Positions 23,071 to 34,200 of a stretch of 64,000 nt of DNA are shown piece after piece. Under the pieces are notes generated by a model that saw only the letters and a program-made list of their open reading frames with translations, did no database searches and had not been told where the DNA came from. The first letter of the stretch is position 1. Each line of letters opens with the position of its first letter. A program made the position numbers and the translations under genes. The stretch covers positions 1 to 64,000 of the forward strand of contig QPGO01000117.1 in NCBI GenBank assembly GCA_008632985.1, written 5' to 3'. Source of the DNA: Psammoneis japonica (taxonomy: Eukaryota).

Positions 23071-26019
23071 AACGGCTGCTGTTGAGTTTTGCTTGCATCT
23101 GTGGCAGCTGATGGCACCATGGGTTCCAGCTGATGGTGCCATTTTTTTTTACAGAGCTTGGCAACAACCAGGATCAGATTGCAGCTCAGCCAAGATGTGG
23201 TCCATGTTTGGGCACATGCTGCCATTTTTGAGCAATTCTTTCAAGCTGTTCCCATGGTGTTCACAAACCCAAGATTCCAGCATCTTGACAGATGTGACAC
23301 ACTTGAACATGCAACATCAGGCTCTCATCAATTCAGGCTCAAAGACACTGTTGATGAAGGGTCTGGGGAGATGTTGCATGCTCAGGAACAAGAGCCACAT
23401 GGGACACAACATGGCAGCTTCATGTCTCCCCTTGTGTGCAGTGTGCCAAATGACAAATGAAGCAAAATTGAGCATGACATCATGTGCTGGCTTTTGACAA
23501 CCTCAAATTTCACCCAGGTCATTGGTGCCAGGTGCATTGTCCAGAAACAGCTTGTCCTTTTCAAAGCACAAATCACTGATTCCTGGAGTTCAAATGAGAA
23601 CTTCATCAAAATTTCCATTCTCCTGTGCGCAAGTGCAAAATCAACTTTGCCACTGACAGCCAAGGGGAGATGTTCACAAGCAACCACTTGATCTGCAACA
23701 GATGACTTGCCATGCTGCTTCATTGAATTTGGTGTGAGCCTCTGAAAGGATTGATTGAGTCCTTGGCAAAGCAGTGAAATAGAACATGTGTTCCAGAAAG
23801 GAATCTAAACAGCAAATTGCTCTCATTCAATGGTGCTTTTGTTGCAGCATCGACAGTTGTGAGGACAGCAATGCAACATCCAATCAGAGTCAGAGCCACA
23901 AGAACTGTCAAGACAGAAAAGCAGTGTGCAGGTGGGAGAAACAGTGCTTCATCACTCTTGACAAGATTGCAAAACACAAGCAAGTGCATGAGCCGGCACC
24001 TTGCAACAACAGAAGCCCAGACATGAGAAAAAGCACCCAAGAACTGACAAGGCAGCTGGCCCTGCGGATTTGGAGAGATCCTTGAGGACATCTCAACAAC
24101 TGTCAATCACTGTCTGAGATGAGCAACAGACAAGTCAGTTAAAATGTGTGCACACTTCAGAGTGGCTGCATCTCAAGCATGCAAAACAATTTGCGCTCAC
24201 CCCATGGATGCCCAAATCACCTTCCATTTCCAAAAGCTCTTCTTTTCCATTTTTGACCAACTCCATCATGTGTCTGTGTAGATCAGAGTGCACCAAAAGC
24301 ATGAGATCTGTCGCACACAGGCCAGCTTGCAATTTCAAGACACGCTGCCAGATTCAGAGTGACCATCCATCAGATTTCTGCTTGACAGAACAGCAGCACT
24401 GAAAGGTAGAATCCTTGCATCCATCCCATTCCCAACAATGGCGAAGCCAATGTTTGGTTGACATGTGTGGGGAGCATTGTTGGTGGATGATGTCACTGCA
24501 CAATGTGCATTGACAACATCAGGGCTGCTTGCAGGAAAAGCCTGCATTTGACCCCACTCAGCCTGCAACATGCATGGCACCAGAGGTGCAAGAATTCTCA
24601 TCCACAAAAACAGCACAAGGAATGCTGTGAACCCCAGTGCACAACCACAAATGCAAGACAGCCCACTCTGCTTCAAATGGGTGCCTTGACATTTCCTGTT
24701 GCAACAGCACAAGCAATGGTCAGTGGAGTCTGTGAGAATGTTTCTTTGATGTGCAGACTTCCAAGCCACAAACAACAAACAGCAGAGAAAACAAGCTCGC
24801 GAGAAGGTGCAAGGCACCTCTTTGCTTTGCCAAAATGATGGATGCAATGCCAAGACAATTTGCACTTGACAAACTGACAGACATTTCCCATTGCAATTGC
24901 ACAAGTGCTGGCAGACAGTGGAGTCCACCATGAGAACATTTCTTTGACATGCAAGCTGTCCAAGAAGCCACAAATCACAAAGCGCAGAGCAGACAAGCTC
25001 ACAAGACATGCACGCCATTTTGCTTTGCTGAAATGATGGACATGACCAAGCCAATTTGCACTCGAGCAAATGGCAGTTGCAACAGTGTGGGACCCCTTTG
25101 AAAACATTTGACACCAGGAAGGCACAATTGCCGGGGAACATTCATCCTGAGAGATGCCATTGCTGAAATGCCTGACTGCAAACACAAAGAAAAAAGATGA
25201 AGGTGTGAGCACAAACAGCAAATTTTCTCCATTGCCCACAGTGCTGCTGAACTTTGCTCACCACCACCAACAAAGCAGATGTCACAGATTGGAAAGGAAG
25301 CAGTGGGCTGAGGTGCCGCTGCTCTGCTTTGGACACAGAGCTGTCTGAAGTGCTTTTGACATGTCATGCCATGCTGTTCTGCACCACTTTCTCCTTTGTA
25401 GAAGTTCTTGCAGGTGCAGCATGTTGGGACAGGCAGAAGTGCCAGCATTGTCCACCTCATTGCATTGTTTTGTCATTCGTGTGTGTGCTGAGTGCGTGAA
25501 TGGTGTGCGGCTGACAACAGACAATTCACACACCTCTGGCATGGCACAAGGTGTCATTGCTCCCAGACTGGAGTTTGCAGCAACCAGAACACCAATGGCG
25601 AGTGCAAATTTCAACAAAATTCCTCTTTCAGACCCTCTCTGTGAAAGAGAAATGAACTTAGAGTGCAGATGGCTTTTTTCTCAGCTCACAACATTTTTGT
25701 GCTTCATGCTTTTGGCACAACATTGTTTTGCCAAAAACAGAAGCACAAAATAAAAAACAACATTGCTGACCCCTCACAGGCATGAGGAAAATTCCGGTGG
25801 TGTCAAGAATGGATGTGTTGACAGTGACAGCTGCTGAACTGCTGCAAAAGGGCCTCAAGCTCACCTGTTGTGACTGTGCACAGCACACAGCACCAATGCA
25901 TTTGAAGTGTCAAAGACTTGAAAATTGCACTTGGCTTCACCCAGCAGCCTTGTAAATCCTTGGCTTTGCTGGCACATTGGACGTTGGCCTTGTGATCTTG
26001 CAAGTGGACAAAAAAAACA

Positions 26020-26215
26020 GTTCTGGAGCAGAGATCATCTCAGTTCTAGAATGTCCCACTCTAGAGCCATTTTAATTCTAGAATGCCATGTTCCAGAGCT
26101 GTTCAATTCTTGAGTGTCACATTCTAGAGCTGCACAATTCCAGAGTGTCACATTCCAGAACTGTTTGATTCCAGAGTGTGCCACAATCCAGGCTGCATTT
26201 GTCCACTCTAGAACT
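26020..26215. repeat. Second TCTAGA minisatellite, same orientation as 22860-23070
   Basis: tctagaatgtcccactctagagc and ttccagagtgtcacattccagaac variants. Confidence 0.8.
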
Positions 26216-27879
26216 GCAAGCTGTCTCACAGAAGGGACAAATCATGCACAAACCAAACTCTCCCTTGTGATGCAACAAATGTCTTGCTTTTTGTTCCAAA
26301 TCATGACTTTTTTGTTGTTTGAGTCTCACAACAGTCTTTTGTCAAACCTGTGGATTGCCATTTCAGGTCATTTTGGGGGTGTTCCTGGAGGCAAAGGGGG
26401 AGCTGTCAGCTGCAAAAGAGGGGGAGAAGACAAGTGGCAAGGAGGAACTTGACCCTCTTGTTGTGTCTTCTGACTTGGTCTGTCTCTCAGAGCAAAGAGA
26501 AACTTGATCCTTTCTTCTTGATGGTTCACAATTTGGAGCTGACAGGGGGTTGCAAGGTGGAGCTTGATCTTCTTGTTTCTTCCTGGCATTTTTTGTCTTC
26601 TTCTTGTTTTGCAGGCAAGCTCACATGTGCAAGCTGTTCAGAGCTGGGGTGTCACAGGAAGAAGGTTTGGGCAGTGGACATGGTTGTCCACCAGAGGATG
26701 GGCTTCTGAGGCTTTTCCTTGAGGTTTTGAGTGGCTGAACTTGTGAGAGAGGCAATGCAGCAGCCCTTGACATGGAACTTGTCACAGCATTCTTGAGTGC
26801 CTTTGACTTTTGGCAAAGATTTGATGTTCAGGTGAAATGCCTTGCTGCAGTCTTTGCCTTGTTTGAGTTTCCAGGTGGGTCAGTTGACTTTGGCACATGA
26901 AAATTAAGTTCATTGAACATCACACACATGGCCAAAGGAGTCAACACACTGTCTGATCTCTGTGTCCACACCAATGTCATGCACCACCACATGCTCAACC
27001 ACTGTGACTCACAGGATCAACAAATCATTGGAGGAGACACCAAAAGAGCATTTTTTGATTTGCTGGATCAGGCATGAACTTCAGCGAGGCAATTGCTGAC
27101 CTCCTGCACAAATGGCACAATTCAGTGACTGGAGTCCAAAGCACACTGCAAAGTGTGAGAGTGTGCTGCCAGTTCTCCTGCCCAACCTTTGTGGTGGCCA
27201 CCTGTTGCAAGGAGAGCAATGAAAGGGGCAACATCAACTTTTGGTGGTTGGCTGAGGAACACTTTTTCTTGGCTTCTTGGGACTTCACACTTGGGTGAGT
27301 GGCTGCATCATTTCCAAGCATCTGAGGACACTGCTGCAGTTGTTGATGCAACTGCCCACATGCAGAACAGCAACCATGAAGTTGCTCTCTTGAGCAACAC
27401 CCTCCATGCAATGGGGGGCCAAATGATCTGTAAATCCTCCTGGGCTGTTGAGTGATGACCCCAGTCTTTGTTGCAAGAACCATGTGTGAGAGAGCAACAC
27501 AAACAATTCCAAATTAACAAGCTCCCCTTGTTCACAACAAAGTGTGGGATTTGTGCACTGACAATTGTCCATCATTTCCAACAACTTTCTGTGGGTTCAA
27601 ATCAAGAACATGTCATCCCAATGAGTTTTGCACCACTCAACAAGTTGACAACAAAGTGTGCTCCATTGATGTTTTCTGAGAACTGATGGACATTCAATCA
27701 GCTCTTGACTGGTGTTCTCAAATTCCTGTTTTGGGGTGTTTCTCTTTGACTCATCTCAAATCTTTGGTTTGCATGTCATTTCCACAGTTGAGTTTTGCCA
27801 CACAATCTCATTTGGAGCAATGTTGCTGCCACTGCATGGTTTGCATTCACCAAATCTCAATCAACTCCAGTTCTCTGTG

Positions 27880-30500
27880 GCTTGCCACAATCTTTCTGCA
27901 CATTCCCCCTGTTGGCCCAGTCGCTCACTTGCAACATCTTGTTCAATTTCCACGACTGACCCATCAAAGAACTTGCTTGCCTTTGGCAACCATCCCTTGT
28001 TCTTTCTGCATGTTGCACCACTTCCTGGCCACAAACTTTCATCTGCTCCATTGGGCTCACTTGAGACATCTCACATGCACTTTCTTTTCTCACCATGTGA
28101 AAGGCCCTGCGTGGAGGGACCTCACAGCTCAAACACTTCGACTCAAACATTTTGCCCGGTGTTCGTCCATCCTTCCGACACTCCCGTGCTTTTTGCACGG
28201 CGAAACACACCATCCCACCATGATGAGCATGTCGATTGCGGCAGCCTCAATGTTGACATGGGAAGCAGAATCGGGGCATGAATGTCTTTCTTGTGCCCAC
28301 AAGAAGGTTCCTGCATGGCGGCTCCGCTTCCCAAACTCCATTTGAGTTGTGTTTTTTACATTTGAGTGACTCAACCTTGTTTGCTGCCTCCGACAGAGCA
28401 CGAGTGACAAGCCAAAGACCCCATCGCAAGAGGTTCTCCCATCACTGACACATGCATTGAATGGTTTTAAGAAAAACAATGGTTGCTTCAAATTGACCAT
28501 GACTCCTTTCACTGGATTCGCAACAGCAGCAGCCTGCCGGCATGCCTGCAAACTGGAAGTGTTGGCGCTGGCAGCGTCATCATTTGTGCTGGCAGCAATT
28601 CACATTGTTGTGGTTGTCATGCCTTGAGAATCAACAGATCAAGTCGTTTCCTTTTTACAAACAAGTGCATCTTGAATGTGTTTGTCCAATGCCGAGAAGT
28701 CTTCGATCATGTCATTTCCGAAATGTGTCATCTGGGCTGCCGTGTGTGTCATCATCAATCTTCTTGGTGGCGACACAAATGACACACTCTCACATTTTGC
28801 AGCAATGGTGTCTGAGCCGATCCATGATGGTGTTGCAGCGTGCTCTCACGTGCGTTTCACACCTTGCCGTTTGGATTGCACCTCTCTGTTGCACACATTG
28901 TGACAGAAGCAGGCATTTGCAGCCAAGGCAACCAGTCCGTGTGACCAACCTGCACTCCCAAAATGATCTGGTGCCCTGGTTTTGCATGAAGTGGACTGCA
29001 GTGCTCAAGCCACTTCTAAGAAAACCAGTGGGCTGTTCACTCTGTCTGCTTCCGACGCCAAATCCTGCACAGACCACCACCCAATGCCGCCGCAATGCCA
29101 AACCCAACTCTCCATCCGACCTCCAATGACAAATCCTGCACAGCCACACTTCACTGCCAACATCCAACACCTCCTGCGCAGCTTCAACGAGACCTGCATC
29201 AACGTGGTTGACTCCAACACCACAGACTGAAACGCCACCTGCTCCTGCCAGCACAACGTCACCTCCGCCATCAGCCATCAGCGATGACTCCAACATGCTG
29301 CCAGCGCAATCACCGCCAAGTGTCCCCACTTGCGCCAACGCCACTGACTGAATTGCCAGCTGCTCCAGATCCAGAGACAATGACGCCGCCTGCATCAACG
29401 TCGCCATCAACAACGCCACCTGTGCCGATGCAAATGCAGCAACACCGCACACACCTCCCTCTGCCCAACCTCTGATGCTGTGAGTCCTGCAAAGACACCC
29501 ACCCAGCACCGCCGCCATCACCGAATCCATCCATGCAAAGCGCGGCCAAGCCCCTGGTGTCCCCTTTGACGAAATCACCACCACCTCGGGCAACTCATGC
29601 TCGCTCCAACAAAGCACCCAACACGCCACCACCTGTGTCAAGAAGACTCCATGTCGGACTGCACAACTGAACCAACATTTCTGTGGCGACTCTTGGCTGA
29701 TGCGAGTCATTCAAAAATTTGCTTGAGCATGTGTGGGACCCAAAACATTGCGAGTGTCGCACAAACACATGTCCTGTGATTGTTTCATCCAAAGGAAGAA
29801 GCAATGTGAGTTTTTCATGTCGCTCGGAAAGAAAAAAATGTGAGGTGCTGAAAAGTTGAAAAGGTCATGAGATGACACTCTGCACAATGCCTCGCATGAT
29901 TTTTCTGCAGCGGATGGAAGAACAGACAATGTGCCGGGCCCACGGCTGTGATGTCCCACCTTTCACGTGGTGTTCTCAGCACTGCACTCCCAGTCTTGCA
30001 GCCCCCCATTGCTGTCCAGTTCATTGGCAACTTCTGTCAAAGCTGACATGTGCTCCTGTGTGTTCTGCTCTGTTTGCACCTTGACACTCTTGTTGCAACT
30101 CTTGAGAGACATCTCTCTTGCCTCCTTGAGCTTGTCTGCTGGCTCCTGCACCAATCCTTGTTCTGTTGGCTGTTCTGAGTCTTTCTCCAACAAGGTGAAT
30201 GTGCTCAAGCCATTGTCTGCATCCTTGTGCACTGCCATGGCTGTTTCTGGCATGATGCTTTTTCACACAAGTCCTCCCTTCTGGTGACAGAGTTCCCTCA
30301 TTGTTGACCTCAACATCACAGTCTCTCATCAAAGCACTCTCCTTGTTGTTGCTCTTCTTGCACTCTGCATGCCACACATCAACAAAGTTGTTTTTCATGA
30401 GCATGCACCCAAAAGCTTTGGCACACAACGTGTTCATCCTCATGGGGTGCAACTGCACAGTCTTGTGCTTTTGTTTGGCATCCAACCATGCCATGCATTC
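27880..30500 (-). pseudogene. Decayed TE-associated ORF interrupted by the 28091-29972 element
   Basis: Removing the insertion rejoins ...DWECSAE|KRKCM*DVSS...KNKGWLPK in frame. Its AKAFGCMLMKNN motif resembles DDTLALLLHHNF at about 16800. Confidence 0.4.
28091..29972. mobile_element. Non-autonomous TIR DNA transposon (CAC...GTG ends, CMC/Chapaev-like)
   Basis: 14-bp TIR CACCAYGTGAAAGG (28091-28104, 29959-29972). 4-bp TSD TTCT. Retains CpG, unlike its flanks. Confidence 0.75.
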
Positions 30501-30614
30501 AGTCAACAAGCATGTTTGTTTGTTTTGTTTTGCATGCCAGAAGGTGGGTCAACTCTCACTGGCCCTCAGACAGACATGCAGAGTGAGAGCGCCTTGTTGA
30601 TCTGTGCATTGCCC

Positions 30615-31480
30615 TTGTGAGACAATGTCAAATGTGCTTGCCTGCTGAAAAAAGCATGAGAGGCTTGTGAAGTGCACAAGAGCCATGTGACCTGATCAGC
30701 TGTGCAAGCAAATGTGGCACTGGATGACTGTTTTCTGCCAGCTGTGTCAGCCAATGGCAGCAGAGCAGTTGCCAGAGTTCTTGTTGAAAGAAGAGCTCTC
30801 CAGTGGGCACAGGAGTTGCAGGGGCAGGTGCTGCATCTCACAGCCTTCCTTCTTGGCAGTGAGCAGGACTTTTTTGGCAGGCCAAGAAGGGCAAGCAAAA
30901 GCTCACTGTCACCTCACCTTGCTGAGTCAAGATGGTGCTGAGAAAATTGCCAATTTCTTCTTTGCAGCAAAGACTTTGACTTCACCATCAAGAATCCTCA
31001 CATTGCCAGCATGGCCAACAGCTTCAACTTGTTTGTTGCTTGTGAGACAATGTCAATGTGCTTGCCTGCTGAAAAGCATGAGAGGCTTGTGAAGCACACA
31101 AGAGCCATGTTGTGACCTGATCAGCTGTGCAAGCAAATGGCATTGGATGGCTGTTCTTTGCTGGTTGCATCAGCGCGCCATTGGCAGCAGAGCAGTTGTC
31201 AGAGTTCTTGTTGAAAGAAGAGCTGCTTGCATTCTCTCCAGTGGGCACAGGATTTGCAGGGGCAGGTGCTGCATCTCACAGCCTTCCTTCTTGGCAGTGC
31301 ACAGGACCATTTTGGCAGACCAAGAAGGGCGAGCAAAAGCTTGCTTTCACCTGGCCTTGCTGCACCCTGATGGTGCTGAGAAAATTGCCAATTTCTCCTT
31401 TGCAGCAAAGACTTTGACTTCACCACCATCAAGAATCCTCACATTGCCAGCATGGCCAACAGCTTCAACTTGTTTGCTGC
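30615..31480. repeat. Tandem duplication of about 430 bp; a third partial copy lies at about 36360-36680
   Basis: gagacaatgtca...tgacctgatcagctgtgcaa...catcaagaatcctcacattgccagcatggccaacagcttcaacttg occurs twice. Confidence 0.85.
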
Positions 31481-31740
31481 TGGTGCTTTTTGAGCTTTGT
31501 TTCTGCACCCACAGGTGTTCAACCAACCTTCACCACTTGTTTGTCAGGTTGTCATCCTGTCTGCAGCTGTGGCGCAGTGCAAGGCAACTGCAGTCAGAGC
31601 CTCTTTGCAGCACAAGTTCTTGTGCACAGAGCTGTGATGGATGTGGAGCATCAGCCAGAGGTGTGTCACACAACACAGGACATCTTTGGCTGATGAAACC
31701 AAGAGAAAGCATCTCAAACTTTGCAGTGGAGAGGATGTTT

Positions 31741-32189
31741 TGCAACGCACAGCTGCCAATGAGAGTCAACGTATCACGGCGACGTGTTGCAGCCTTTAAA
31801 TGTCACAAAGGGCGTGACAAAAATGACCTTCTGTCTGCATGCATGCTGCACCGTGAATTCACAGCGGAGTGGTTCATCTCGCAACCATCAGGCAGGAGGC
31901 CAGGGGTTCGAAACCCTGAGTGGGAGTTGTCTGCAGCAACGTTGATCACGGTCGAACGCGCAAATCTCTGTGCAGTTCTGTGTGTTCCTTCGCACGCACC
32001 CACACTGTTCCGCCAAAACCGTGCAGTGTCAGTGCACGTCAGTAAAGAGCCGCATGGACGCGTGACACATGGGGAGGAGTGCAGTGTGCAGCTGCCAATG
32101 AGAGTCAATGCATCACGGCGACGTGTCACAGCCTTTAAATGTCACAAAGGGCGTGACAAAAACAACCTTTTGTCTGCATGCATGCTGCA
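31741..32189 (+). mobile_element. TRIM (449 bp) with 110-bp LTRs
   Basis: LTRs at 31741-31850 and 32080-32189 with TGCA...TGCA ends. TSD GTTT. PPT GGGGAGGAG (32071-32079). Confidence 0.9.
31853..31930 (+). promoter_or_regulatory. tRNA-derived segment with Pol III A and B boxes inside the TRIM
   Basis: A box (C/T)AGCGGAGTGG at 31862-31872 with D-stem GCGG/TCGC. B box GGTTCGAAACC at 31905-31915 with T-stem CAGGG/CCCTG. The anticodon arm is degraded. Confidence 0.7.
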
Positions 32190-32599
32190 GTTTTGCTCTG
32201 CAGTGGCGCAGCTTTTGGAGCACCAGAGAGACAGCTGTCATGGAGGGCAAGCAACACACAACAAAGAGGAGTTGCAAATTTGTTGCGGGTCCAAAGGGGG
32301 TGCTTCCTGCAAGGAAGCAATGCTGCTGCTTCACCTGACAATGCTTGCCACCCATCTCCCAGTGTCGTCAGAGGAGACACCTGAGACCATGATGTGTGCG
32401 CAGTTGAAGGGGCCAGTGTGTGCTTCAAGTGCGTGGGAACAGTTTCCAGCTGTGCACAGGCAGCTGTGCACTGATGAGAAAATTCTCTTGATTTTTTCCT
32501 TGAGCAGGGGTTTCATCCAAAGGATCACTTGAGAAAAAATCAAGGGGTGGCTTTGCCACAAAAGAATTGAAACAGCTGCGTTTCTTGTCCAAGAGAGAA

Positions 32600-34200
32600 A
32601 GCAAGACCCCTGATGATGGCACTCTGTGTCACTTTGCAAGGCACCACGCATCAGATTCAAAATCAAACAGGAAAGAAAGCTCTCCTCTCAGCGAGCCAAG
32701 CTTCAAAATGATGCTCAAGAACTGCTTGCTGCACACAGTGCATCATGTCCAAAAATTGCAACTTCAGAAAATTACAAAAAACTGGCAAAGTGGGAAATGA
32801 TGACCACTTTGCAACAAATTCAACTTCATGACATGAAACCATTTGGAAGCTTCTCCATGATCTCTGTTGCCTTGTTGGGTGACTCTGAAAGTGCAGCACT
32901 GCTGTGGCATTGTGTCCATCAGATCTTTGTCCTTCAAATTTGGGAACCTGCTGCAAGAACCCCCCAGCTCATTCAGCTCAGGACAAGTGGGCAAACCTCC
33001 CTTTCACAACCACTCAAAAGATCCAGCAAAGAACAGATTTGGGAATTCCACACCCTGTGTGGGTGGTTGTAAAGATCAACCTTCCACTGCAGCAGTGTTG
33101 TTGGTGCCAAAGGTGTTTGGTGTGCTGGAAAACCCCAACATGATGCAGGTTTGGAAAGACACAAAAAGTCTTGCCAATGCTGCAAAGGTGTTTGGCACAT
33201 TGGAGAACACCAAATCATTGACTTGGATGGCCTCTCTGGGCACATTGGGTTGCAGCTGGTTTTTTTGGATTGTTGCACTCATTGCAAAAACAAGTGGTGC
33301 ACAGAGCCAGATCACAGTCACAACCCAATGTGATTTTGCCACAGACAATTTTGTGCTTCTTGTTGTGCAGCTCAGTGAGGCAGTGTGGCATGCTGCAGAT
33401 GCAGCCTGGTTTGATGCAACATGCTGAGGGGCAAGATCTTTCTTCTTCTTCTTCTTCTTCCCTGGCACTTGACTGACCCCTCTGCAAAGACACAAGAGCC
33501 CCTTGAATGGAGCCAGAATTGCCAACAAAAAAAGCCAGATGTCCTCTTTTTGCATGCCATCTCTGTGACTCAGATGGGGGCATCTTGCTTTTCTGTCCCC
33601 TTTGACTGGCTGGCCTTCTGGCCAACATGCCTTGCAACTCTTGTGCTGAATGATCAGCTGGGTTGTGCTGGTGTGTGACAGCTGGTTGTTTCTGAACCTG
33701 TGACATGATGCCTGTCTGGATGACTTTGTTGCCCATGCATTGGGCCCAAATCTGCACATCTGACCAGGTGCCTGGTTTTTGCATTCCTTGTCATCTTTGT
33801 TGGGAGCATGCACTGCAACCCCCTGTCTCTCTGTTCTGTTGTCTTTTTGCAGATGTGGCCTTCCACAGCTGAAATGCACCATGGTGAGTGTGGCTGTTGC
33901 AGACAGCAAAAATCCAGACCTTGGCTCAGCTTTGCTCATTGACTCTGTCCAGCGTCCAATTGGCACACATCAACTGCTTCCCGCAGCAATGACCAGTCAG
34001 GTTTGGAGGGGTGTGTCTAGCTTTTTCATCCAAAAACAGCTGGGCTCACATTTCATCACTCCGCTCCAGCACTCTGGAGTTGTCTTTGTTCTGACTCCCA
34101 CTGCAACATCCTGACAGCATTGCTGCACTCAACCATTTCTGACAAAGGCCAGTTTTTCAGAGGTGCTCACATTTGCAGCAGAGCTTGGAAAACACCTTCA
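32600..34200 (+). repeat. Diverged ~1.6-kb direct repeat, copy 1 (unclassified TE relic)
   Basis: Shares gcatcagattcaaaatcaaacag, ctcaggacaagtgggcaaacct, tggagccagaat and aaaggccaNtttttcagaggtgctcac with 39010-40700. Confidence 0.8.

Noticed and set aside
28091..28104. CACCA terminus as a mutated CACTA end
   Set aside because: Both ends read CACCA and the TSD is 4 bp, not the 3 bp expected for CACTA.
31853..31930. Functional tRNA gene
   Set aside because: The anticodon arm is shortened and the acceptor stem pairs poorly. Only the D and T arms are recognisable.
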